A stretch of 38,493 nt of DNA from an uncultured bacterium (lineage in GTDB: Bacteria; CAIJMQ01), in NCBI GenBank assembly GCA_964573245.1, contig CAZNJA010000009.1:1-38493 (forward strand), given 5' to 3'. The notes below the pieces were generated by a model. It was not told the origin of the DNA, made no database searches, and saw only the letters and a program-made list of their open reading frames with translations. Below, in pieces: positions 28,914-37,827 of this stretch (position 1 is the stretch's first letter; every line of letters begins with the position of its first letter). A program made the translations under genes and the position numbers.

Positions 28914-29939
28914 TTATTTAAAAATCTCTTCTTCCTCAAGGACAATATGCCTTATTTCTTCCTTTTCCACAGAATAAATTATGTGGATTTTGCCATTTGA
29001 GTCTTGAGCCATCGAAGGATAACCAAAATCCGTGTTTTTTTCTTCTTCTAAAATTCTCCTTATAGGAAAACTTTTCCCGCCATCCTGCGACAACGCTATA
29101 GTAAGATTATCACGCTCATCCTGATTATCATTAAAAATCAAAGCTATTTTTCCAGAAGCAAGTTTTAATAAGTCAAACCCAGCGCCCGGATTTTGCAAAT
29201 CTTCTCGTTTGACCGCTTCATGCCATATTTTTCCATTATCGTCAGAAAAGGATTGCCAGAAATAGCCGCCTTTTTCAGGTCGCATGAGCATAAAAAACTT
29301 GTCATCCGACAGAGGGACAATAGCAGGCTGAAGATTCCCTGGACTCGTCTTAATAAGAGCGGAATGGTGAATTATTTTTTCTTTGTCGAATTTGCACACA
29401 TAAGAATAATAACCGCTGAACTCCTTGTATAACGGTAAAAGAAATTCTTTGTCATTCAAAATTATGGGTTTGCTTCTTGCCAAATCCCCCATCCTATAAA
29501 AGGGAAAAACCTTCTTGGGAGATGTCCATGAGAATTTGGTTCCGTTTAATTTTGATTTGACATAAGAAAGCCGAGCCGTACTCCAGCCACTTCCCCAAAG
29601 ATAGGAATAAAAACAATAAATTTCATCGCCAAATAAAAAAACAACAGGATTGCCATCTGCCCTATTAGAAGTATCTACAAGCATTTCAGGTTCACTCCAC
29701 TTTCCTGTTTCAACTGTCTTGAAACTAAAAACAATGGCAGTGTCTTTGCTTTTCTCTTTACTGCCAGAACTCCATGCTACCAAAAGAGTCCCGTCAGGAA
29801 GTTGTAATATATTGGGAGAATGATTAAAAACCCTGTCGCCCGGAATAGGCAGTGTTTCCTTTCCCATGCATATACCGATTACCGGATGGAACATCAAAAG
29901 AATAAACAAAAAAGTGCAGATTATTATGTTTTTGTGCAT
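28914..29939 (-). CDS. Exported BNR/Asp-box sialidase-fold protein
   Basis: Signal peptide, LPDGTLLVAW..GSKE, Asp boxes SDDNGKIW and SQDGGKSF, YP...Q...G.IHIIYS. Confidence 0.85.
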   Translation of the reverse strand: MHKNIIICTFLFILLMFHPVIGICMGKETLPIPGDRVFNHSPNILQLPDGTLLVAWSSGSKEKSKDTAIVFSFKTVETGKWSEPEMLVDTSNRADGNPVVFLFGDEIYCFYSYLWGSGWSTARLSYVKSKLNGTKFSWTSPKKVFPFYRMGDLARSKPIILNDKEFLLPLYKEFSGYYSYVCKFDKEKIIHHSALIKTSPGNLQPAIVPLSDDKFFMLMRPEKGGYFWQSFSDDNGKIWHEAVKREDLQNPGAGFDLLKLASGKIALIFNDNQDERDNLTIALSQDGGKSFPIRRILEEEKNTDFGYPSMAQDSNGKIHIIYSVEKEEIRHIVLEEEEIFK

Positions 29940-29954
29940 TATAAAAACGATTAT

Positions 29955-31316
29955 TTACAAGTTAGAATAAAGAGAGGACAAATTCACTTTAAACCCTTCG
30001 GCAGCAAGTTGCGCCAAAACATTAAGAATCTGGCTTGTATCAGTCGCTGTTTTTATATTTGAAGCAATCGCAATATAATCCTTCTCGCCAAGGATTTGTT
30101 TCACAAGGTTCATCAAAACATTCCCGGGCCCTATTTCTATAAAGACTCTAGCTCCATCCTTAAACATATTTTCTACTTCTTCGGTAAACTTCACAGAACT
30201 TACAAGATGCTCGCTTAAAATAGATAAAATTTCTTTTTTGTCTTTTGGATATTTCAAAGCTGTAACATTGGAATAAACCGGCATTAAATAGTTCTTATAA
30301 TCCAAATCAGATAATTTTTTAAACAGCAACTCTTTCGCAGGAGTCATATACGGCGAATGGAAAGCACAACTCACATTTATTTTTTTGGACATCAATCTTT
30401 TTTCTTTAAGTTTGGCGCTTACTACATCAAGAGATTTTTCGTCACCTGCAAGAATTGTCTGTTTGGGAGAATTTAAATTGGCAATGTATACCCTATCTAA
30501 ATCTTTGATAACGCTCTCTATTTCTTTCGCACCCGCGCCAACAGCAAGCATTTTACCCGGATTGCCGTTTTTAGCAGAACTCATAATTGCAGAACCCCTA
30601 TACTCCAAAAGTTCATAAAGTGTTTCTTCTTCGAAAACACCTGCCGCGCATAAGGCAACATATTCGCCTAAACTGTGTCCTGCAAACATATCCGGATTTA
30701 CACCGAATAACTTCATAATCTTGAATAAACCGATTTCCACGACGCCAAGCGCGGGTTGAGTAATATTGGTTATAGTCAACTCTTGCATTTGCTGTTTTTC
30801 TTGTTCGGGAGTAGATGCGGAAGGCGGATATATATATTCGCTCAATAATTTAGGGAAACGGTTTTTAAGGACATTGTCTGCTTTTTGGATGCTTTCGCTC
30901 ATCTCTGGGAAAAAACTTTTTAAATCTTTTAGCATACTAGGTCTTTGCGAAGCCTGGCCAGAGAAAAGAAAAACGATTTTGCCGTTTTCTGTTAAACCGT
31001 GAGAAGAAAAGTAGATGCCTTTGATATCTCGCAAAGACTTAGGACTATCTTTAAGCAAATCTTTGGCAGAAGTAATTCTGGACTTGAGTTCGTCTACCGA
31101 TTCGGCTACTACAGCAAGTTCACAAGAATTAGATTTATGTTCGCGGTTTTCTGAATAGAGCGAAAAAGCTAATTCGGGCAAGTCTAATCCGCCATTCGCC
31201 GCGATAGAGTTTTCTACAGTTTCAAGCTGTTTGACAATAATTTCAATGTTTTCGCCCGTCCAGAAAAACAACTGTTCTTTTATTTTTCTTGCCAAACAAT
31301 TTTGTGGAATTTTCAT
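29955..31316 (-). CDS. Stand-alone type I PKS/PUFA-synthase-like acyltransferase (KS-AT linker plus AT domain)
   Basis: VFLFSGQASQ, TQPALG, GHSLGEY, N.NSP.Q, CAFHS, FIEIGPG; no KS or ACP domain. Confidence 0.85.
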   Translation of the reverse strand: MKIPQNCLARKIKEQLFFWTGENIEIIVKQLETVENSIAANGGLDLPELAFSLYSENREHKSNSCELAVVAESVDELKSRITSAKDLLKDSPKSLRDIKGIYFSSHGLTENGKIVFLFSGQASQRPSMLKDLKSFFPEMSESIQKADNVLKNRFPKLLSEYIYPPSASTPEQEKQQMQELTITNITQPALGVVEIGLFKIMKLFGVNPDMFAGHSLGEYVALCAAGVFEEETLYELLEYRGSAIMSSAKNGNPGKMLAVGAGAKEIESVIKDLDRVYIANLNSPKQTILAGDEKSLDVVSAKLKEKRLMSKKINVSCAFHSPYMTPAKELLFKKLSDLDYKNYLMPVYSNVTALKYPKDKKEILSILSEHLVSSVKFTEEVENMFKDGARVFIEIGPGNVLMNLVKQILGEKDYIAIASNIKTATDTSQILNVLAQLAAEGFKVNLSSLYSNL

Positions 31317-31484
31317 GCAATTCTAATATAGAAAACAAGGTATCAAGATTTCAGGTTACCTTTTAACAATACCTTAATGCTATTTTTACTGCGGTAATTA
31401 TATCATACGTAGTTTTTATACTGGAATGATTTCGAAAACGATAGACAAAGTAAACCCTAAACAAAAAGGATAAGAAATCTATTA

Positions 31485-31545
31485 TTTTGTCCGCCTTAAA
31501 AGGCGGACAAAAAAGAACCCCCGCCACTGAATCAATGGCGGGGGT
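31485..31545 (-). terminator. Tandem hairpins downstream of the porin gene
   Basis: acccccgccactga-a-tcaatggcgggggt (31517-31545, T tract follows on minus strand) and ttttgtccgcct-taaa-aggcggacaaaa (31485-31512). Confidence 0.8.
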
Positions 31546-31561
31546 ATATTCTTCGTTGTTA

Positions 31562-33034
31562 TTAGAATGTAACCTTTACTGAACCCATCAACTGTTGTGC
31601 ATTGTCAAGGCTATAATCTAACCCAGCAGTATCATCTGCACCCTCTTCGAAGAACTTGCCAGGGATGAACAGAGCATACATAAGTCCGAATGTTACATCT
31701 TCACTATAGTTATAAGTGAAATTGACGTCATATTCAGAACCTACGTAATTGCTTTGGTCATCTATGTCATCGAGATCCCCGCTTGCCAAAAAGGTCCATG
31801 ACCAAACTGATTTAGGAGCTGTTATACTATAGAAAGTAAGGTCAAGTGCTGTGGCTTCCGTAGGATTGACACCTGCAGCAAGTTTCCAGATACTGGCATT
31901 GGTCATCAATGTATCGCCAGGCCCAGCCCAATATTGCAGCCCGTAGATTACTTCGGCAATTTCACCGTATGTTTCATCCTCAAACAGAGGGTTGAATGTC
32001 TGTACTGGGTCATTGTCATAGTCATCACCGCTCATATAGATGTAACCCAAGCCGAAATAAGGAGCATAGACGTTATCAAAGGTGTATTCACCTTCAATAT
32101 AGCCAGCCCATGCATCCAATCTTTCTGGATCGCCAGTAATAATTGTTCCTGGAGTGGTGAATGCTTCAACCGTACCCCATTCTTTTACTATCTCACCTTT
32201 TAATGCTAAGGTGCCAACATCAATCTGGGGAATAGTGCCTTCACCTCGGATGCTTAAAGCCCAAGTCTGGGTTTCGTCATCGACACCGGGTGTATTGAAT
32301 CTGTTGTAGAACAAACCAAAATCCCACAGACCATACATTCCGCCGTCATAGTTCCAGTTAAGTCCATAGAGGTCATTATCAATATCTACAGGTTGCAGAC
32401 CATTGGTCCAAGGAGCCCAAACTGTGCCACCGCCAACAGGAGCAACATTGGAACCTTCGACTATCTTGGCAATGAACAGGTCTATTTGATGCGGCTCATA
32501 GTCCCATACTGCCTTGATAGCATCAAAGGCTTTTCGTGAATCATATTGATAAGTGTTTTCTGAAACTCGGACTCCATCTCCGACCAAGAACCCTTCTCCG
32601 TAGAGAAGTTCCTGCCTACCGATTGTCAAACTGAACGGATATCCGTACATTTCTGCCAATGTCAAATAGGCAAGGTCAATATCAATATCATCTACGTTAG
32701 AAGCTGGGTCATAATTCATATCCCAATCTCTTTCGTTGATTACTCTTACCATAGCACTAACGTTGTCAGTCAAAGATGCTTCGACATACAAACGAGTGAT
32801 GGTCATGAGATAATCATGCGCGATATTGTCCGTTACTGCACCAAATCCATTGTTGTCGTAAACAGTAACATTGTTCAACTCTATTTCATCGATGATATCA
32901 TAGGCGCGTTGATAGATACCCTTAATTTCGATATCTCCGCCTACTTTTACATTCTGCACTGCAGCTGAAGCGCTGAAAGATAACCCCAGCACTAAAGCCA
33001 AAGCGCACACTGCTGTTAGTAATTTATGTGTCAT
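31562..33034 (-). CDS. Outer-membrane beta-barrel, alginate-export-like porin
   Basis: Signal peptide, NVKVGG, LTDNV, IDLAY, GRQEL.YG.GFL.G, FDAI, terminal VKVTF; family call from motif recall. Confidence 0.72.
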   Translation of the reverse strand: MTHKLLTAVCALALVLGLSFSASAAVQNVKVGGDIEIKGIYQRAYDIIDEIELNNVTVYDNNGFGAVTDNIAHDYLMTITRLYVEASLTDNVSAMVRVINERDWDMNYDPASNVDDIDIDLAYLTLAEMYGYPFSLTIGRQELLYGEGFLVGDGVRVSENTYQYDSRKAFDAIKAVWDYEPHQIDLFIAKIVEGSNVAPVGGGTVWAPWTNGLQPVDIDNDLYGLNWNYDGGMYGLWDFGLFYNRFNTPGVDDETQTWALSIRGEGTIPQIDVGTLALKGEIVKEWGTVEAFTTPGTIITGDPERLDAWAGYIEGEYTFDNVYAPYFGLGYIYMSGDDYDNDPVQTFNPLFEDETYGEIAEVIYGLQYWAGPGDTLMTNASIWKLAAGVNPTEATALDLTFYSITAPKSVWSWTFLASGDLDDIDDQSNYVGSEYDVNFTYNYSEDVTFGLMYALFIPGKFFEEGADDTAGLDYSLDNAQQLMGSVKVTF

Positions 33035-33297
33035 CTTTTTTTCTCTCCTTCCCTTCGTTACTAAAGAGAGTTATGCCTCTCTCGACATAACGTCGAGAAT
33101 TGTTTCCCTTCTTCTGTATCTATGTTTCTCCGACGTAACGTCGGAGCTTTCTATCTATCCTTCACCCCTTATAGGCATCCTTAGCGGCTTAATTTCTTTT
33201 TCACCCCCTTTCTTGCCTGAATTTAAGGTGCCAGGGATGTTAACTCACAATTCCATTTCCCCATGCCTAAATACAAGTTTCCAAATGAAGTTGTGCG

Positions 33298-33327
33298 AAT
33301 ATACCATACACTTCTATTAAATGTCAA
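33298..33327 (-). promoter_or_regulatory. Putative sigma70 promoter of the porin gene, implying a 5' leader of about 255 nt
   Basis: TTGACA (33327-33322), 18 nt, TATATT preceded by TGg. Confidence 0.6.
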
Positions 33328-33496
33328 GGGTAAAAACACTTTTTTCGGAGAAAATTTTTCTGTAAAAATTTAAGATATTAATTTGTTATCTATAAGAGTG
33401 TGGCAATATAAAATTAGATTGTTTCACCCGTTTTACTTCCTTCACAATAATGATATAAAGCAATCTTTGCCACTACCTTCAATATCTGCTTACTCT

Positions 33497-33997
33497 CTAC
33501 TTGCTGTTTTTTCCGGAAGTTTGATACCATTTCATCAACCCTCCAGCATTGATTATTTCCTGCAAAAGCGGAGGGAACGGTTGAGTATGGAAGTTTTTAT
33601 TTTGAGTTATATTTGTAATGTCCCCTTTTAACAAATCAACTTCTAAGTTATCGCCCGGATTTGCATTTTTATAAATTTCACCTGATGTAATAATCGGAAG
33701 CCCAACATTTATACAGTTTCTGTAAAATATTCTGGCGAAAGACTCGGCAATGACCAAAGGAACCCCACAACCCAAAATAGCCAAAGGCGCATGTTCTCTG
33801 GAAGAACCACATCCAAAATTTTTCCCTGCGACGATAATATCGCCTTTTTGCACTTTGCTTGAAAAAGATGAGTCAATCCCATCCATGCAATGTGTCCCCA
33901 ATTCTTTCATATCCGTTGTAACAAGATACGGCGCGGGGATAATTTCGTCGGTATTTATATTATCGCCGAATTTGTGAATTTTGCCTTCAATAATCAT
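33497..33997 (-). CDS. leuD: 3-isopropylmalate dehydratase small subunit (LeuD/HacB type)
   Basis: FGDNINTDEIIP, GKNFGCGSSREHA, SFARIFYRN..N.GLP. Confidence 0.92.
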   Translation of the reverse strand: MIIEGKIHKFGDNINTDEIIPAPYLVTTDMKELGTHCMDGIDSSFSSKVQKGDIIVAGKNFGCGSSREHAPLAILGCGVPLVIAESFARIFYRNCINVGLPIITSGEIYKNANPGDNLEVDLLKGDITNITQNKNFHTQPFPPLLQEIINAGGLMKWYQTSGKNSK

Positions 33998-33999
33998 TT

Positions 34000-35274
34000 C
34001 TACATTACCTCTTCGGGATGCGCTATTCTTCCTTTTACAGCTGACGCCGCCGCTACGGCAGGAGAAGCCAAATAAACTTCGCTTTCTTTATCTCCCATTC
34101 TGCCTACAAAATTGCGGTTTGTAGTTGCAACGCATTTTTCGCCTTTCGCCAAAACGCCCATGTGCCCTCCGATACAAGGTCCGCAAGTCGGAGGAGAAAC
34201 AACCGCTCCGGCGTTGATAAATATTTCCATAAGCCCTTCTTTCAGTGCTTGAAGATATATTTTTTGCGTTGCAGGGATAATAATTGCTCTCGTGTTCGTA
34301 TGGATTTTTTTACCTTTTAAAATCTCGGCGGCAACTTGCAAATCTTCCAATCGCCCATTCGTGCATGAACCTATAACAACCTGGTCGATACCAATGTCGC
34401 CAGCTTCGGAAACGGGTTTTGTGTTAGACGGAAGATGTGGAAACGCGACCTGTGGCTGGATTTTAGTGATATCGTATTCCTTAACATCTGTATATTCAGC
34501 ATCTTTATCACTCTCGTATACTCGGTTATCGGTTATCGGTTTGCGGTTATCGGTTTTAATATTTTTGATATACTTAAGCGTCACTTCATCGGGAGCTATT
34601 ATTCCGCTCTTCCCGCCGGCTTCTATAGCCATATTGCACATGGTAAGGCGCGCATCAACTGAAAGAGCGCTTATCGCTTCGCCCGTAAATTCCATAGCTT
34701 TATAATCGGCACCGCCAACGCCTATATCGCCGATAGTGTAAAGAATCAAATCTTTTGAGGTAACCCATTTATTTAACTTTCCACGATAAATAAACTTTAT
34801 GCTTTCGGGAACCTTCAGCCATATTTTCCCGGATAGCATCGCAAAAGCAAGGTCCGTGCTACCTACTCCCGTTGCGAATGCTCCCAACGCGCCGTAACTG
34901 CAAGTATGCGAATCTGCTCCAATAATAAGTTGTCCGGGAATAATAAAGCCTTCTTCGGGCAAAAGTGCGTGCTCTATTCCGCCACAACCCAATTCGAAGA
35001 AATTTTTCACGTTATACTGTTTAGCGAAATTTTTCACTTTCAGGCATTGGTTCGCGGATTCTTTGTCTTTATTTGGAGTAAAATGGTCAGCAACCAATAC
35101 AACTTTTTCAGGATACGGGATAGATTTTCTGCCTAATTTTTCCACTTCTTCAATAGCTAACGGCGCGGTTATATCGTTGCCGAGCGCAATATCCACATCG
35201 GCAAGAATAAATTCTCCCGCTTCTACTTTTTCTTTCCCGCAATGGGAAGCCAATATTTTTTCAGTTATAGTCAT
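34000..35274 (-). CDS. leuC: 3-isopropylmalate dehydratase large subunit (LeuC/HacA type)
   Basis: MTITEKIL, GADSHTC, CNMAIEAG, IGSCTNGR, CGPCIG, TTNRNFVGRMG. Confidence 0.93.
   Translation of the reverse strand: MTITEKILASHCGKEKVEAGEFILADVDIALGNDITAPLAIEEVEKLGRKSIPYPEKVVLVADHFTPNKDKESANQCLKVKNFAKQYNVKNFFELGCGGIEHALLPEEGFIIPGQLIIGADSHTCSYGALGAFATGVGSTDLAFAMLSGKIWLKVPESIKFIYRGKLNKWVTSKDLILYTIGDIGVGGADYKAMEFTGEAISALSVDARLTMCNMAIEAGGKSGIIAPDEVTLKYIKNIKTDNRKPITDNRVYESDKDAEYTDVKEYDITKIQPQVAFPHLPSNTKPVSEAGDIGIDQVVIGSCTNGRLEDLQVAAEILKGKKIHTNTRAIIIPATQKIYLQALKEGLMEIFINAGAVVSPPTCGPCIGGHMGVLAKGEKCVATTNRNFVGRMGDKESEVYLASPAVAAASAVKGRIAHPEEVM
34523..34557 (-). repeat. Five-unit CGGTTAT heptamer tract in frame in leuC
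   Basis: cggttat cggttat cggtttg cggttat cggtttt; encodes KTDNRKPITDNR. Confidence 0.85.
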
Positions 35275-35280
35275 ATATTT

Positions 35281-35424
35281 AAATTAAATATTAAAAATCA
35301 AATATCAAAAATACATATGAAAATGTAAAATCGGCAAAGCCATTCATATTTTTTACATTACCTTTTTGTTCCTTTTTGAATTTTGATTTGTAATTTTGCA
35401 TTTTACATTTTGATTTTTGATTTT
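35281..35424 (-). repeat. Heptamer-arm inverted element, family A, empty copy between nadK and leuC
   Basis: Shares ttaaaaatcaaatatcaaaaatacatat exactly with the arm at 13389-13416, and ttttgatttgt.attttgcatttta with the arm at 14082-14106. Confidence 0.85.
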
Positions 35425-35428
35425 ATTA

Positions 35429-36310
35429 TTATTTCTCCACCGAACTACCGCTCCATTTCAGTTTTTTTCTCAAAAGCTCGTAGAAATTTTCCCGCCTGCT
35501 GTGAAGCGGACAGGTCTTTTTCAATCTAATAAGGGATGCCGTAAATGGAGCCAAACGCACTTCTATCTCGTCGCCTTTTTTAAGTTTGCCGCCGATTTGG
35601 CCGTCAATTGTATAATCAACAGCGCTTTCAGCCAACATTTTCACTTTTATTTTACTGTGACTGGGAACAACAATGGGCCTGTTGGACAAAGTATGAGGAC
35701 AAATAGGAACAATCAAAATGCAGTCCATAGAAGGATGGACTATCGGGCCTCCCGAAGAAAGAGAATGCGCAGTCGAGCCGGTAGAAGTAGAGATAATCAA
35801 TCCGTCGGATGCAAAAGTCGTCAGATAACTGCCGTCTATATATGTTTTTAGTTCCACGATTCTTGCGGAAGCGCCTCTTGAAAGAACAACATCGTTAAGC
35901 GCAAATAGCTGCTCTTTACAACTGCGAACACTAATAGTCAGCATATTTCTTTTTTCTACGCAGTATTTTTTACTGAACAGGGCAGGTAACGCTTTGTTTA
36001 AATTTTTGTAAGTTATTTCAGTAAGAAAACCCAAACTGCCCATATTCACGCCAAGTATCGGTATGTTTTTATCCTTTACCATTCTTGCGGCTTTAAGAAG
36101 TGTTCCGTCCCCACCCAGACTTATCAAGAGTTGAGCATTTTTCCTTATTTTTTCTTCACCTGCTTTCAATTCTTTCCTTCGAAAAAATTTGGCGGCATCT
36201 TCAAGAAGAAAAACACTTACATTTTTCCTCTCCAAATTGCGAATAAGTTCTTGCATTATATTGGGGACTTTTCCTTTAGCCAAATTGGCGATTACAGCCA
36301 CTCTTTGCAT
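35429..36310 (-). CDS. nadK: NAD kinase
   Basis: GGDGTLL, GVN.G.LGFL, ALND, DGLIISTSTGSTAHSLS.GGP, PICPH, DGQ. Confidence 0.95.
   Translation of the reverse strand: MQRVAVIANLAKGKVPNIMQELIRNLERKNVSVFLLEDAAKFFRRKELKAGEEKIRKNAQLLISLGGDGTLLKAARMVKDKNIPILGVNMGSLGFLTEITYKNLNKALPALFSKKYCVEKRNMLTISVRSCKEQLFALNDVVLSRGASARIVELKTYIDGSYLTTFASDGLIISTSTGSTAHSLSSGGPIVHPSMDCILIVPICPHTLSNRPIVVPSHSKIKVKMLAESAVDYTIDGQIGGKLKKGDEIEVRLAPFTASLIRLKKTCPLHSRRENFYELLRKKLKWSGSSVEK
35491..35514 (-). repeat. 24-bp palindromic element in frame in nadK
   Basis: cccgcctgctgtgaagcggacagg has the same termini as the pyrD and pyrK inserts; removal gives LKKKNFYELL. Confidence 0.75.
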
Positions 36311-36312
36311 AT

Positions 36313-36954
36313 TTACACCTTATTGCGTTCTTTTTTTATTAAGGACAAAACTTCTTGTGTAGTATCTTCGATTTTGTCGTTTATAATGTGATAGTCATAA
36401 TTTTGCGCCTGTTTTTCTTCCCAATCAGCGATTTCCAGTCTTTTCGCAAGTGACTCTTCGGTCTCTGTGCCTCTTTTTTTCAACCGTTTTTTCAAGTCCC
36501 CCTCGGAAGGCACGCGAAAAAAGAAAGAAACACTTTCGGGATATTTTTCTTTTACGCGTTTTGCGCCTTTTACGTCTATTGTCAAAATAACATCTTTTCC
36601 AGCTGATAAATTTTCCAGGACAACATTACACGATGTTCCGTAAAAGGCATCATGGACTTTTTCCCATTCCAAAAATTTGCCTTCTTTTATCATCCGCTCA
36701 AATTTGTCTTCGTTTACGAAAAAATAATCTTTTCCGTTTTTTTCATCAACTCTCGGCAAACGGGTTGTATAGGAAACAGAAAGTATTAATTTTGGGTCTT
36801 TTTCGGCAATTTCTTTGGCAATGGTGCTTTTACCCGCTCCCGAAGCAGACGAAAAGACAACCAGTAAACCTCTTTGTCTGTCGGTCTTTGTGCTCCGACA
36901 TAAGCCGGAGTCCGACCGAAGCATCGGACCTCTGTGCCTTTTATTATTCGACAT
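36313..36954 (-). CDS. gmk: Guanylate kinase
   Basis: SGAGKST, SVSYTTR.PR..E..G.DYFFV, FLEW..V...YGT, RL..RGTE; extended N-terminus. Confidence 0.96.
   Translation of the reverse strand: MSNNKRHRGPMLRSDSGLCRSTKTDRQRGLLVVFSSASGAGKSTIAKEIAEKDPKLILSVSYTTRLPRVDEKNGKDYFFVNEDKFERMIKEGKFLEWEKVHDAFYGTSCNVVLENLSAGKDVILTIDVKGAKRVKEKYPESVSFFFRVPSEGDLKKRLKKRGTETEESLAKRLEIADWEEKQAQNYDYHIINDKIEDTTQEVLSLIKKERNKV
36893..36928 (-). repeat. Two abutting 18-bp CCGA hairpins in frame in the gmk N-terminus
   Basis: ctccgac-ataa-gccggag followed by tccga-ccgaagca-tcgga; encodes PMLRSDSGLCRS. Confidence 0.75.
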
Positions 36955-37810
36955 TCCTAATCTGCTCTCTTATTTTATCAAGTTCTGTTTTTACATATAT
37001 AATTTTTGAAGCGATATCAGCATTACATATTTTCGAGCCCATAGTGTTTATTTCCCTAAGCATTTCTTGGGATATAAAATCCATCCTTTTGCCGGAACTG
37101 ACTTTTTTGTTCATTTCTTCAATGAACATTTTCAAATGAGAGGAAATTCTTATCATTTCCTCTGTTATATCCACCCTCCCTGCCTGCAACATAACTTCTT
37201 GGGATATCTTTTCCTTAAGCTCATTGGTATGATTGGCAGAAATCCTACGTTCCAATTTGCCCTTGTATTGTTTAACAATCGACGGGAGCAAAATTTTGAT
37301 TTTCTGAATGGCTTTTGAGATAGCATTGAGCCGCTTTTCAATGTCTCTGTGAAGTTCTGCTCCTTCTTTCCTTCTTACTTTAGTCAGCTCGTCCAATGTA
37401 ATATTTATGTTTTTATTTAAAAATGTCCATAAGTTCCTGCTTAAAAATGTTTTTTTGTGAATAAGCACATCGGGTAACTGCATCAATAAAGATAAACTTA
37501 TCTCTTGCTTGAGACCTAGTTGTTTTTTGACTTCTTCCAAATTTTTATAGTAATTACGCAGAAGAGCAGTATTAATACTAAAACCTTTTTCTTTGCCTAC
37601 CGATTCCCATTCAAGATGAAAATTTACCTGTCCTCTTGCTATTTTGTTCCTTATGAGTTTCTGGATATTAACTTCTCCACTTCGCAGTTCATCCGGAAGA
37701 TGAGTACTTATTTCCAGAAAACGGTGATTGAAACTGCTTAAAATGAATGTAAAATCTCCCCATTTTGACGGAACTTTACGTGTTGCAGAACCTGTCATGG
37801 AAGTAAACAT
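36944..37810 (-). CDS. yicC: YicC/YloC family endoribonuclease
   Basis: SMTG, S.NHRFLEI, DITEE..R..SH, GKRMDF..QEM.RE.NT.GSK, K.REQ..NVE; usual position upstream of gmk. Confidence 0.93.
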   Translation of the reverse strand: MFTSMTGSATRKVPSKWGDFTFILSSFNHRFLEISTHLPDELRSGEVNIQKLIRNKIARGQVNFHLEWESVGKEKGFSINTALLRNYYKNLEEVKKQLGLKQEISLSLLMQLPDVLIHKKTFLSRNLWTFLNKNINITLDELTKVRRKEGAELHRDIEKRLNAISKAIQKIKILLPSIVKQYKGKLERRISANHTNELKEKISQEVMLQAGRVDITEEMIRISSHLKMFIEEMNKKVSSGKRMDFISQEMLREINTMGSKICNADIASKIIYVKTELDKIREQIRNVE

Positions 37811-37827
37811 AATAAACTCCTTTTTCT

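Noticed and set aside
7103-36928. RNA-level splicing of the in-frame palindromes by RtcB
   Set aside because: All coding inserts keep the frame and lack stops, which fits translation through them; no bulge-helix-bulge motif or splicing endonuclease was seen.
516-37741. The many short ORFs of 61-168 aa overlapping the called genes
   Set aside because: They lie antisense to or out of frame within well-supported genes and show no recognisable motifs.
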